This document shows positions 1 through 7,961 of a stretch of 62,016 bases of DNA, in pieces. A model generated the notes under the pieces. It was not told where the DNA came from. It did no database searches and worked only from the letters and a program-made list of their open reading frames with translations. Within the stretch, counting starts at the first letter, position 1, and each line of letters begins with the position of its first letter. Source of the DNA: a bacterium (lineage in GTDB: Bacteria > CLD3 > SB21); NCBI GenBank assembly GCA_013360215.1, contig JABWCP010000018.1, positions 1 through 62,016 on the forward strand. Direction: 5' to 3'. Made by a program: the position numbers and the translations under genes.

Positions 1-99
1 TCTCGTCGAATGTTCTCGTCGAATGTTCTCGTCGAATGTTCTCGTCGAATGTTCTCGTCGAATGTTCTCGTCGAATGTTCTCGTCGAATGTTCTCGTCG
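1..99. repeat. 13-bp tandem repeat (TCTCGTCGAATGT)n; 7 perfect copies plus an 8-bp partial copy; may extend beyond the window's left edge
   Basis: Units start at 1, 14, 27, 40, 53, 66 and 79; partial unit at 92-99; no spacers. Confidence 0.97.
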
Positions 100-117
100 T
101 AACGGAGGAGGAAGGGA

Positions 118-447
118 TTGGAAAAAGAGGGAACGAGAGGTGTCACAGAATTGGCCGAGAGCGCATGTATGTGCGAACGCCACCTCCGCCGAAAAACGAA
201 AGAAAAATTCGGCTTACCACCGCACCGGCTTTTAGAGAATATACGATTGGCCAAAGCTCTCGAAGCCATGCATGAACAACCTGAAGTCACGTTGCTTCAA
301 ATCAGTCAAATTGCCGGATATACATCATACAAAACATTTTATCAGGCTTTTACGCGGAGATTCAAAGTGGCACCGTCGGAAGCGATATGGCGTATAAAAC
401 AAAATCCAAGAATTATGGCAGATGCCTTTCAGAGAAAATTGATATAA
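118..447 (+). CDS. Stand-alone AraC-family helix-turn-helix protein (109 aa)
   Basis: TTG start after GGAGGAGG; VTELAESACMCERHLRR...RLAKALEAM...LLQISQIAGYTSYKTFYQAFTRRFKVAPS matches the AraC double-HTH pattern. Confidence 0.8.
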   Translation: MEKEGTRGVTELAESACMCERHLRRKTKEKFGLPPHRLLENIRLAKALEAMHEQPEVTLLQISQIAGYTSYKTFYQAFTRRFKVAPSEAIWRIKQNPRIMADAFQRKLI

Positions 448-635
448 GAAAGTCGACCAATTAATGAATGTCAAACAGGTTTTCATTTAAGGCAAAATAG
501 CACATTTAGCGACTACCATTTAAATATATTGTTAAACAAAAATAAGCGATACAGCTTTAGCGAAAACAATTAAAAAACCATTTTTTTATTAATACAAAAG
601 CTTATTTCAAATTCTATACTAAGGAAGGGGACAAC

Positions 636-1958
636 ATGAAAATGTTCAGCCTGTTACTAACATTGGTTTTTTTACTATTGAATTGTAAAGTTATAGCACA
701 AAGTCAAACTATAGAACAAGGCGCCATGGTAGACCTGATAAATCCTAGATCATTGGATCATCCTATTTATTTATCGTTCAAAGATGGAGACTATCTTACA
801 TCAATTATTGAATGTGATAAATGGGATTCTGTTTATAGAGGCACAAATTCAGAAGATGCCTTTATGGAACAAGAAGCTTACTACAATTCTTTTGTAGGTA
901 ATTACAAAAAAGCACTTAACAATTTCGACAAAATTAATGCCAAATGGATTAAGCAGCTCGATACCACTAACTTTCTTGACAGATCTTTTTTGTCAGCAAA
1001 AAAGCTGGATGCTGTAAATGAGATTATAAGAGAAGCGCAAAACCGCCAAATTACGATTGTTAATGAAGCACATCATGTACCGCAGCATCGTGCCTTCATA
1101 TCTTCACTACTTAAGCCTTTATATGAATCCGGCTATCGTTACTTTGCAACAGAAATGCTAACAGATAATATTGATACGGTAAAGAAGAACGGTTACGTCA
1201 GCTTTCAACAGAACGGATTTTATCCGAATGAACCCGTATATGCTAATTTAATTCGAAAGGCAATTGAAATTGGATATACTTTAGTCGGTTACGAAGATAC
1301 TGTGAACTGTGATTTTGACCCAGTAAATCCATTTCGCTGTTTAAATCAGCGAGAACAAAACCAAGCTAAAAACATAGCCAATCTAATCTTAAAGAATAAT
1401 TCAAATGCAAAAATCCTTATACATTGTGGATACCAACATGCAGATGAAGTTGAACATCAATCACCTAAGGTCAAAACAATGGCAGCGCATTTAAAAGAGT
1501 TAAGCAATACCGATCCCTTGACCATTGATCAAACGGTTATGAGTGAACACAGCTTAGTTAATTTTGAAAACTCATATTACAGATATGTTCAAGATAGTTT
1601 AAAAATAAATTCACCAGCAATATTTAAAACGATTAATGGTTATTGGGTTGATGACACTAAACGCGGGTTTGTCGACATGCAAGTTTTTCATCCAAGGACA
1701 AACTATATAAACGGTAGACCAAACTGGCTCATTAAAGAAAATTACATCCTCACTTTACCGGATTTTGATATTTCCTCTTTTCCTTTTTTGGTACAAGCAT
1801 TTAAAAAGTCTGATAAAACTAATGCAATTCCAATGGATCAGTTTTTAGTTGATTCAAGGAAAGAAAAAATTGCCGTAGCAGTACCCAAAGGGTATTATCG
1901 AATACGCATGATTAACAGCAAAGGCACTATTCATGAATTCGAAGTGAAAAATCCTTAG
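636..1958 (+). CDS. Secreted protein, putative EreA/ChaN/TIKI-superfamily hydrolase (paralog 1)
   Basis: AAGGAAGGGG SD; hydrophobic signal peptide; motifs IVNEAHH, YFATE, NQREQNQAKNI, ILIHCGYQH. The ORF is secure; the family call is tentative. Confidence 0.6.
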   Translation: MKMFSLLLTLVFLLLNCKVIAQSQTIEQGAMVDLINPRSLDHPIYLSFKDGDYLTSIIECDKWDSVYRGTNSEDAFMEQEAYYNSFVGNYKKALNNFDKINAKWIKQLDTTNFLDRSFLSAKKLDAVNEIIREAQNRQITIVNEAHHVPQHRAFISSLLKPLYESGYRYFATEMLTDNIDTVKKNGYVSFQQNGFYPNEPVYANLIRKAIEIGYTLVGYEDTVNCDFDPVNPFRCLNQREQNQAKNIANLILKNNSNAKILIHCGYQHADEVEHQSPKVKTMAAHLKELSNTDPLTIDQTVMSEHSLVNFENSYYRYVQDSLKINSPAIFKTINGYWVDDTKRGFVDMQVFHPRTNYINGRPNWLIKENYILTLPDFDISSFPFLVQAFKKSDKTNAIPMDQFLVDSRKEKIAVAVPKGYYRIRMINSKGTIHEFEVKNP

Positions 1959-1962
1959 ATAT

Positions 1963-2192
1963 TATCGCTTATTCTAAGTCTTCACAATTAAAACGGAGAC
2001 AAACATGAAAAACGAAAAAAAAGAACAGAAATTAGAACAATTCGAAGACTATAAACTCCAAAAGGCAAACTCAATTTCTGGCGGAAAAGCAAACACACTC
2101 TTGACAACACACGTGTGCCAAGGCGGTTGGGATGATATTACCGACTAATTAACTTAATCATGTAAAACCAAACTCTCTTAGAATAAGCGATA
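1963..2192. repeat. Perfect 16-bp inverted repeat flanking the precursor gene (arms 1963-1978 and 2177-2192)
   Basis: TATCGCTTATTCTAAG and CTTAGAATAAGCGATA are exact reverse complements. Confidence 0.92.
2005..2148 (+). CDS. RiPP precursor peptide, 47 aa: MKNEKKEQKLEQFEDYKLQKANSISGG-KANTLLTTHVCQGGWDDITD
   Basis: Translated by hand; not in the ORF track. GGAG SD 5' of the ATG; double-glycine leader; Thr/Lys...Asp core; directly upstream of the ATP-grasp gene, in a cluster with a C39 exporter. Confidence 0.9.
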   Translation: MKNEKKEQKLEQFEDYKLQKANSISGGKANTLLTTHVCQGGWDDITD

Positions 2193-2198
2193 TTTTTT

Positions 2199-3215
2199 AT
2201 GATTCTTATTTTCAGCATAGACGGAGGTGATGGGTCTACATCCCCAGTAATGGATTGGATAACTTATCTTGGCGCTGATAGAATTAGAGTGAACGTTGGA
2301 AATCTTAATAAAGATGTAAAATTTTCAATACATTTAGAACCAAACGGTATTACTACTGAATATCGAAATATGGATATAAATTTTTCATCCAAAGAAGTTA
2401 GTGCCGTATGGTTTAGACGAGAAGAGCGAATGTTCAGCGGGCTTGATACATCGTCAATATCCAACATTCGAATCAAAGAATCAGTTGATAGATTTTTGCA
2501 ACGAGAAGTAGAGGTCATTAAACAAGCTCTCTACTTACAATTTGACGATAAAGTATGGCTGTGTGATCCATCGTCGGGCAACCTTAACAAGATTAATGCT
2601 CTACAAAAAGCATGTGACGCAGGCATACGAATCCCAACCACTTTAATTACCAATAAGAGAACTGAATTGGAACGTTTTAAAAATAAACATAGAAAAATTA
2701 TATGCAAATGCTTTAGACAAGGAGGTGTTATTCAGTTAGACGGCTCAACATATGGAATGCATACTGAAATACTGTCTGATGATATTATCTCTAGTACCGA
2801 TGATGTTTTGTTTCCTGCTTTTGTACAAGAATACATTCCTAAAAAATACGAATTGAGGATTTTTTTTATTGAAAGTAACTTTTTTCCCATGGCAATTTTT
2901 TCACAAAACGACCCTCAAACATCAGTTGATTTTAGAAAATATAATTATTTAAAACCCAATCGAAATACTCCTTACATCTTACCTCACGAGATCCAAGAAA
3001 AATTAAAAACTCTTATGTTAAGCCTGAAACTCAATACGGGTTCAATTGATATGATCAGGGCAACCGACGGAAGTTACGTGTTTCTAGAGGTCAATCCTGG
3101 TGGGCAGTTTGGGATGGTCTCTGAACCGTGTAACTATTATTTAGAGAAACGAGTCGCTGAATATTTAATAAATCAATCAAAAAAATATTATGAGTCAAAA
3201 GTTTTTAGAAATTGA
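2199..3215 (+). CDS. gwsG: Grasp-with-SPASM system ATP-grasp peptide maturase (graspetide synthetase)
   Basis: NKINAL..A...GIRIPTTLIT, QEYIPKKYELR, DFR, GSIDMI and FLEVNPGGQF motifs of RimK/MvdD-like ligases; SPASM gene downstream. Confidence 0.9.
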   Translation: MILIFSIDGGDGSTSPVMDWITYLGADRIRVNVGNLNKDVKFSIHLEPNGITTEYRNMDINFSSKEVSAVWFRREERMFSGLDTSSISNIRIKESVDRFLQREVEVIKQALYLQFDDKVWLCDPSSGNLNKINALQKACDAGIRIPTTLITNKRTELERFKNKHRKIICKCFRQGGVIQLDGSTYGMHTEILSDDIISSTDDVLFPAFVQEYIPKKYELRIFFIESNFFPMAIFSQNDPQTSVDFRKYNYLKPNRNTPYILPHEIQEKLKTLMLSLKLNTGSIDMIRATDGSYVFLEVNPGGQFGMVSEPCNYYLEKRVAEYLINQSKKYYESKVFRN

Positions 3216-3399
3216 TAAATTCATCAATGAGCCAACACTCATTTCAAAACTTCCAATAACATTTAAGCTACTTGAACAATCTACTTATGATCAATTAAGT
3301 ACTATCTCTCCGGTACGAAGTGATTTTCATCAAGAAAATAATTATGGAATAAAATTTTTTTATAAAACAATTTCAAAGCCATTTAACAATCCTTTTTAA
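3190..3399 (+). CDS. Small hypothetical protein (69 aa) between the ATP-grasp and SPASM genes
   Basis: Fills the gap exactly: overlaps the gwsG 3' end and stops 10 bp before gwsS. An open frame this long is unlikely by chance in such AT-rich DNA. Confidence 0.6.
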   Translation: MSQKFLEIDKFINEPTLISKLPITFKLLEQSTYDQLSTISPVRSDFHQENNYGIKFFYKTISKPFNNPF

Positions 3400-3409
3400 T
3401 TTTAAACTA

Positions 3410-4423
3410 ATGAGCGTTTTTTTTAAAATGCATGGCAACTGTATTCCGGTCAAAGGGGCAGTTAAAAGCGTAATATGCGATCTACAGCGTCATGAGCTAA
3501 AACAAATTTCAAATGACGTTTTCGAATTATTGGAGTTACTAAAGAATCACCCTGTAGAATATCTAAAGAATATTTACACTACTGAATTTATAGATGAATC
3601 GTTAGAGTTTTGTGTTACAAACGAATTCGGCTTCTACACTGAAGAGCCTTGGCTATTTCCAGAAATAGATTTGTCGTGGGATTCACCGTATCAAATATCA
3701 AATGCAATTATTGATTCAAGCAAACAATCAAAACACAACTATAAAAAAATAATTGACGAGTTAGATGAACTTGGATGTGAAACAATACAGTTTAGATTTT
3801 ACTTTTGCCCTCAATTATCTTTTCTAAACCACATACTTCTTCTTACGCAGGTAAGCAGGCTAAAGTCCATTCAACTTATATTAAAAGATGAAAATTTAAT
3901 AACTCAAAAAGAACTCGAAGAAGTATGCAGAGCTAACCCAAGAATTGAAAGCATTTTCTTACATTCATCACATCTTTTTAGGATCATTGATAAAATTGAA
4001 GGAAGTCACGCCAACATAATCTATTTTACTGATAGAATTGAATCGCATGATTCATGCGGAAATATTAATAAAATGTATTTTTGTATTAATATCCCAATGT
4101 TTACTGAAGCTCACAAACTGAATACATGTCTGAATCGCAAAATATCAATTGACGTTAATGGCGACATAAAGAATTGTCCTTCTATGACGCGTCACTTTGG
4201 AAACATACACAACACTTCATTACATAGTGCAATTATTCAAAAAGAATTTAAAGATTTATGGCTTATAAATAAGGATCAAATTGAAGTTTGTAAGATTTGT
4301 GAATTTAGATATGTTTGCACCGATTGCCGTGCTTTCATTACAGAACCAAGCAACATTTATTCAAAACCTTCAAAATGCACTTACGACCCTACTATTGGAA
4401 AGTGGTTAGATGAGACCCAATAA
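3410..4423 (+). CDS. gwsS: Grasp-with-SPASM system SPASM-domain peptide maturase
   Basis: C-terminal SPASM: CLNRKISIDVNGDIKNCP...FGNI...CKICEFRYVCTDC (Cx2Cx5Cx2C)...KC; no CxxxCxxC motif. Confidence 0.88.
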   Translation: MSVFFKMHGNCIPVKGAVKSVICDLQRHELKQISNDVFELLELLKNHPVEYLKNIYTTEFIDESLEFCVTNEFGFYTEEPWLFPEIDLSWDSPYQISNAIIDSSKQSKHNYKKIIDELDELGCETIQFRFYFCPQLSFLNHILLLTQVSRLKSIQLILKDENLITQKELEEVCRANPRIESIFLHSSHLFRIIDKIEGSHANIIYFTDRIESHDSCGNINKMYFCINIPMFTEAHKLNTCLNRKISIDVNGDIKNCPSMTRHFGNIHNTSLHSAIIQKEFKDLWLINKDQIEVCKICEFRYVCTDCRAFITEPSNIYSKPSKCTYDPTIGKWLDETQ

Positions 4424-4452
4424 ATTTAAAATGGCTACATAAATGAGGAAAG

Positions 4453-5754
4453 ATGAAATCGTTTGTATTACTTGTCTTGCTTTCATTAAACCAAATATAT
4501 GCGCAGTATTATCTCCCACCGGCAATTATGGATTCGATTCGGGATATTGATAGGTCACTATCTTCTGATCGTAACTATATAGCCGCTTTGAATCGGTTAA
4601 ACCGAATTCATGCAATGCCACAATATGCCGGGCAGCCTATATTGTTTAATCATTGGGGCTTGTATAATTCTTTAGTGTCCGATTATTCGACGGCAATTGC
4701 TTTTTTTGACTCCATTGAGCTTCTTCGTCAGAGTCAACGCCGTACCACATCATTGCCGCCAACCGGTTTAACCTTTGATACAAGCCAAATACGCCCTTAT
4801 CCCGCGATGGAAACCATACTTCGCCTTGCAAAGAATAATTCCGTCGTAATGATCAATGAGCGTCATCACATGCCTATGCATCGGGCTTTTATTTTGGAAC
4901 TTCTGATTCGCCTCAAAGCGCTCGGATATACCCACTATGCTGCCGAAGGATTGCAAAATCACGATACAATCACAAGCCCTACAACATACCCTGCGATAGG
5001 AAAGACAGGATATTATGTAAATGAGCCTGTTTTTGCTGAATTGATACGAACTGCCATTCTGTTGGGTTATAAGATAGTCGCCTATGAAACAACAAGCTCG
5101 GCATCTCCCGAATCCGATCCTATCAAAAACCAAAATAAAAGGGAAAAAGAACAGGCTGAAAATTTGTACAATAAAACTTTGCTCCAAGACCCTCATTGTA
5201 AAGTTTTAGTCCATGTCGGTTATGGTCACAACGATAAAATGGGAGTTGGCGGCTGGATACCTATGGCATCCTACTTCAAAACTATAAGCGGCGTCGAGCC
5301 TTTGTCCATTGATCAAATTGAAATGTTTGAACACCGTGTTTCGGATTTTGAAAACCCCTATTACCGGTTTATTTCCGGCATGATTTCGCAGCCTACAGTT
5401 TTTATTGAAAAATCTTCGAGCACATCTTGGGCGCACCTGCAACCCGGCAACTTCGATTTGGGAATATGCCACCCCAAAGAAACTTATGTTCATGGACGCC
5501 CGACATGGAGAAACATAGCTAACCGCTATCGGATGTATGATCTACCCAACGAAAAAAGAACAATTACAAAAGGTTTACTCCAGGCGTTTTATCATGATGA
5601 GCCTACGGATGCTGTTCCAGCAGATCAGATCGTTTTTAATACCGGCACTTGGCAGACGATCCCGTGTTTATTATTAAGACCGGGGAAATATCGCTTCCGA
5701 TTAATAAGCGGGGAAAGCGATGCATCATCGGAATGGGTGGATACGGTCAAATAA
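4453..5754 (+). CDS. Secreted protein, putative EreA/ChaN/TIKI-superfamily hydrolase (paralog 2)
   Basis: Signal peptide; MINERHH, HYAAE, NKREKEQAENL, VLVHVGYGH; co-linear similarity to 636-1958 (NEPV(F/Y)AxLIR, PL(S/T)IDQ, FENxYYR, GRPxW). Confidence 0.6.
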   Translation: MKSFVLLVLLSLNQIYAQYYLPPAIMDSIRDIDRSLSSDRNYIAALNRLNRIHAMPQYAGQPILFNHWGLYNSLVSDYSTAIAFFDSIELLRQSQRRTTSLPPTGLTFDTSQIRPYPAMETILRLAKNNSVVMINERHHMPMHRAFILELLIRLKALGYTHYAAEGLQNHDTITSPTTYPAIGKTGYYVNEPVFAELIRTAILLGYKIVAYETTSSASPESDPIKNQNKREKEQAENLYNKTLLQDPHCKVLVHVGYGHNDKMGVGGWIPMASYFKTISGVEPLSIDQIEMFEHRVSDFENPYYRFISGMISQPTVFIEKSSSTSWAHLQPGNFDLGICHPKETYVHGRPTWRNIANRYRMYDLPNEKRTITKGLLQAFYHDEPTDAVPADQIVFNTGTWQTIPCLLLRPGKYRFRLISGESDASSEWVDTVK

Positions 5755-5756
5755 TC

Positions 5757-7958
5757 ATGAGCCGCTTTCCGATATATCTTCAGCATGACAAAATGGACTG
5801 CGGCCCGGCTTGTATCCGTATGATAACAAGATTTTTTGGACGTACAGTCAGCCCGGAAAAATTACGCTGCATCACCTATGCCTCCAAGGGAGGCACCTCT
5901 CTTTTGAATTTGTCGGAGGCCGCAGAATCTTTGGGTTTTAGAACATTAGCGGTCAAGGTATCTCTTCAAAAGCTTCAGAAAGCGCCTCTGCCTTGTATTG
6001 TGTTTTGGCAGCAGCGTCACTTTATCGTAGTCTATAAGATCGGTCGAAGATATATCCATGTTGCCGATCCGGCGCACGGGATTCTAAAATACCGTCACGC
6101 AGACTTCGTATCCGGATGGTATAGTGACCGATCAAATGAAGGCGAGGGTCAGGGCATCGCCCTGCTCTTCGAACCAACGCCGGCATTTTACGAATCGGAG
6201 GATGATTTTGAAAAATCGTCGAATCCCAATAAAAAGGGCTTTGGCCTTTTATGGCCGTATTTGCGATCGCATCACAAGCTGATATTTCAGCTCGGTTTAG
6301 GTTTTTTATTGGGAAGCATATTACAGCTCATATTTCCGTTCCTCGCCCAATCTATGGTAGATATGGGTATTCACAATCAGAATATCGGCTTTGTATATAC
6401 CATACTGTTAGCGCAACTGATGCTTTTTCTCAGCCGAATAACAGTCGAAAGTATCCGGCGCTGGATACTCCTACATATCAGCACACGACTACAGGTTTCC
6501 CTCATATCCGATTTTCTGAGGAAGCTGATGCGTCTGCCTGTGGCTTTTTTTGATGCCAAACAAACCGGCGACCTGATGCAGCGCATAAATGACAGCCATC
6601 GGATAGAAAACTTTCTCACGGTGACTTCGCTCAGTTTCGTTTTTTCTATATTCAATCTTTTTATCTTCGGTGCCATTATACTTTTATACAGCCCTTTCAT
6701 ATTTCTGATTTTTACAACTTTCAGCGCCGTTTCGATAACATGGATCATGTTTTTTATGAAAAAAAGGCGTGATCTGGACTACAAACGGTTTGACCGTATG
6801 TCCGAAAACCAGCAGGGCATACTTCAGATCATCATGGGTATGCAGGAAATCAAACTCAGCGGATCGGAAAAGCAGAAACGATGGAAATGGGAATCGCTAC
6901 AGGCAAAACTTTTTACCATTAGCCGTAAAGCACTGGGTTTGGGGCAGGTGCAGGAGACCGGCACGCTTTTTATCAATGAATTTAAAAACATTATGATCAC
7001 ATTCATCGCGGCCAAAGAAACGATAGACGGACATATCACGCTCGGTGCGATGATGGCGATACAATATATGATCGGTCAACTGAATGCACCTATTGATCAG
7101 ATGATCGTTTTTTTGCAACACGCCCAAGATGCCAAACTGAGTTTAGAACGGTTATCAGAAATACATACCCACGACGATGAAGATCATGAAAGTGATAACA
7201 GCGCTCAACTTCCTCAGGAAAGATCCATAATGCTGGATCAGGTTTCATTTCAGTATGAGGGCCCTCACTCGCCCTACGCGCTCAAAGATGTCCACCTCCC
7301 GATACACGAAGGAAAAATAACGGCTATTGTCGGTGAAAGCGGTAGCGGCAAAACAACTTTACTTAAACTTTTGCTCAAGTTTTATATCCCGACAGAGGGA
7401 AAAATAAGCGTCGGATCGGACGCACTATCGCAGATCAGCGCTTCTTTTTGGCGTCAGCAGTGCGGCGTCGTCATGCAAGACGGGTATATTTTTTCGGATA
7501 CGATCGCTCACAATATCGCTCCTGCGGATGAAACCGTAGATCACCGAAGGTTGATACAAGCCGTCGAGGTTGCTAATATTCGGACATTCATTGAATCTTT
7601 ACCTCTGCGATACAATACTAAAATCGGAAATGACGGACTCGGACTCAGTCAGGGTCAAAAGCAACGCATTCTCATCGCCCGCGCAGTTTATAAAAATCCG
7701 CAATATTTGTTTTTTGATGAAGCTACCAGTGCGCTGGACGCTACTAACGAACGGATCATTATGTACAATCTTCAGCGTGTCTTCCAAAACAAAACCGTCG
7801 TCATCATCGCGCACCGACTCAGTACCGTGCGTAACGCCGATCAGATCATCGTACTGGAAAAAGGGAGTGTGGTGGAATCCGGCTCACATATTGAACTGAC
7901 CCAACAACGAGGCGTTTACTTCGAACTGGTACGCAACCAATTAGAACTCGGGAATTAG
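5757..7958 (+). CDS. Peptidase C39 domain-containing ABC transporter (PCAT)
   Basis: QHDKMDCGPAC catalytic Cys, HFIVV, DPAHG; transmembrane domain; GESGSGKTT, LSQGQKQR, DEATSALD. Start moved to ATG 5757, just after the previous stop. Confidence 0.95.
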   Translation: MSRFPIYLQHDKMDCGPACIRMITRFFGRTVSPEKLRCITYASKGGTSLLNLSEAAESLGFRTLAVKVSLQKLQKAPLPCIVFWQQRHFIVVYKIGRRYIHVADPAHGILKYRHADFVSGWYSDRSNEGEGQGIALLFEPTPAFYESEDDFEKSSNPNKKGFGLLWPYLRSHHKLIFQLGLGFLLGSILQLIFPFLAQSMVDMGIHNQNIGFVYTILLAQLMLFLSRITVESIRRWILLHISTRLQVSLISDFLRKLMRLPVAFFDAKQTGDLMQRINDSHRIENFLTVTSLSFVFSIFNLFIFGAIILLYSPFIFLIFTTFSAVSITWIMFFMKKRRDLDYKRFDRMSENQQGILQIIMGMQEIKLSGSEKQKRWKWESLQAKLFTISRKALGLGQVQETGTLFINEFKNIMITFIAAKETIDGHITLGAMMAIQYMIGQLNAPIDQMIVFLQHAQDAKLSLERLSEIHTHDDEDHESDNSAQLPQERSIMLDQVSFQYEGPHSPYALKDVHLPIHEGKITAIVGESGSGKTTLLKLLLKFYIPTEGKISVGSDALSQISASFWRQQCGVVMQDGYIFSDTIAHNIAPADETVDHRRLIQAVEVANIRTFIESLPLRYNTKIGNDGLGLSQGQKQRILIARAVYKNPQYLFFDEATSALDATNERIIMYNLQRVFQNKTVVIIAHRLSTVRNADQIIVLEKGSVVESGSHIELTQQRGVYFELVRNQLELGN

Positions 7959-7961
7959 AAG

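Noticed and set aside
1-99. Repeat array as a CRISPR
   Set aside because: 13-bp head-to-tail units with no spacers, and no cas genes in the window.
23-275. ORFs 23-235 and 36-275 with MFSSNVLVECSRR repeats as multi-core RiPP precursors
   Set aside because: They arise from translating a stop-free DNA repeat whose period is not a multiple of 3; they have no leader and overlap the AraC gene out of frame.
5649-5756. N-terminal extension of the PCAT, and similar extensions of nifJ, the sigma-54 regulator, aroC, NUDIX, EIIA, OppD and DUF5686 ORFs
   Set aside because: They overlap neighbouring genes or promoters; downstream ATGs fit the domain starts better.
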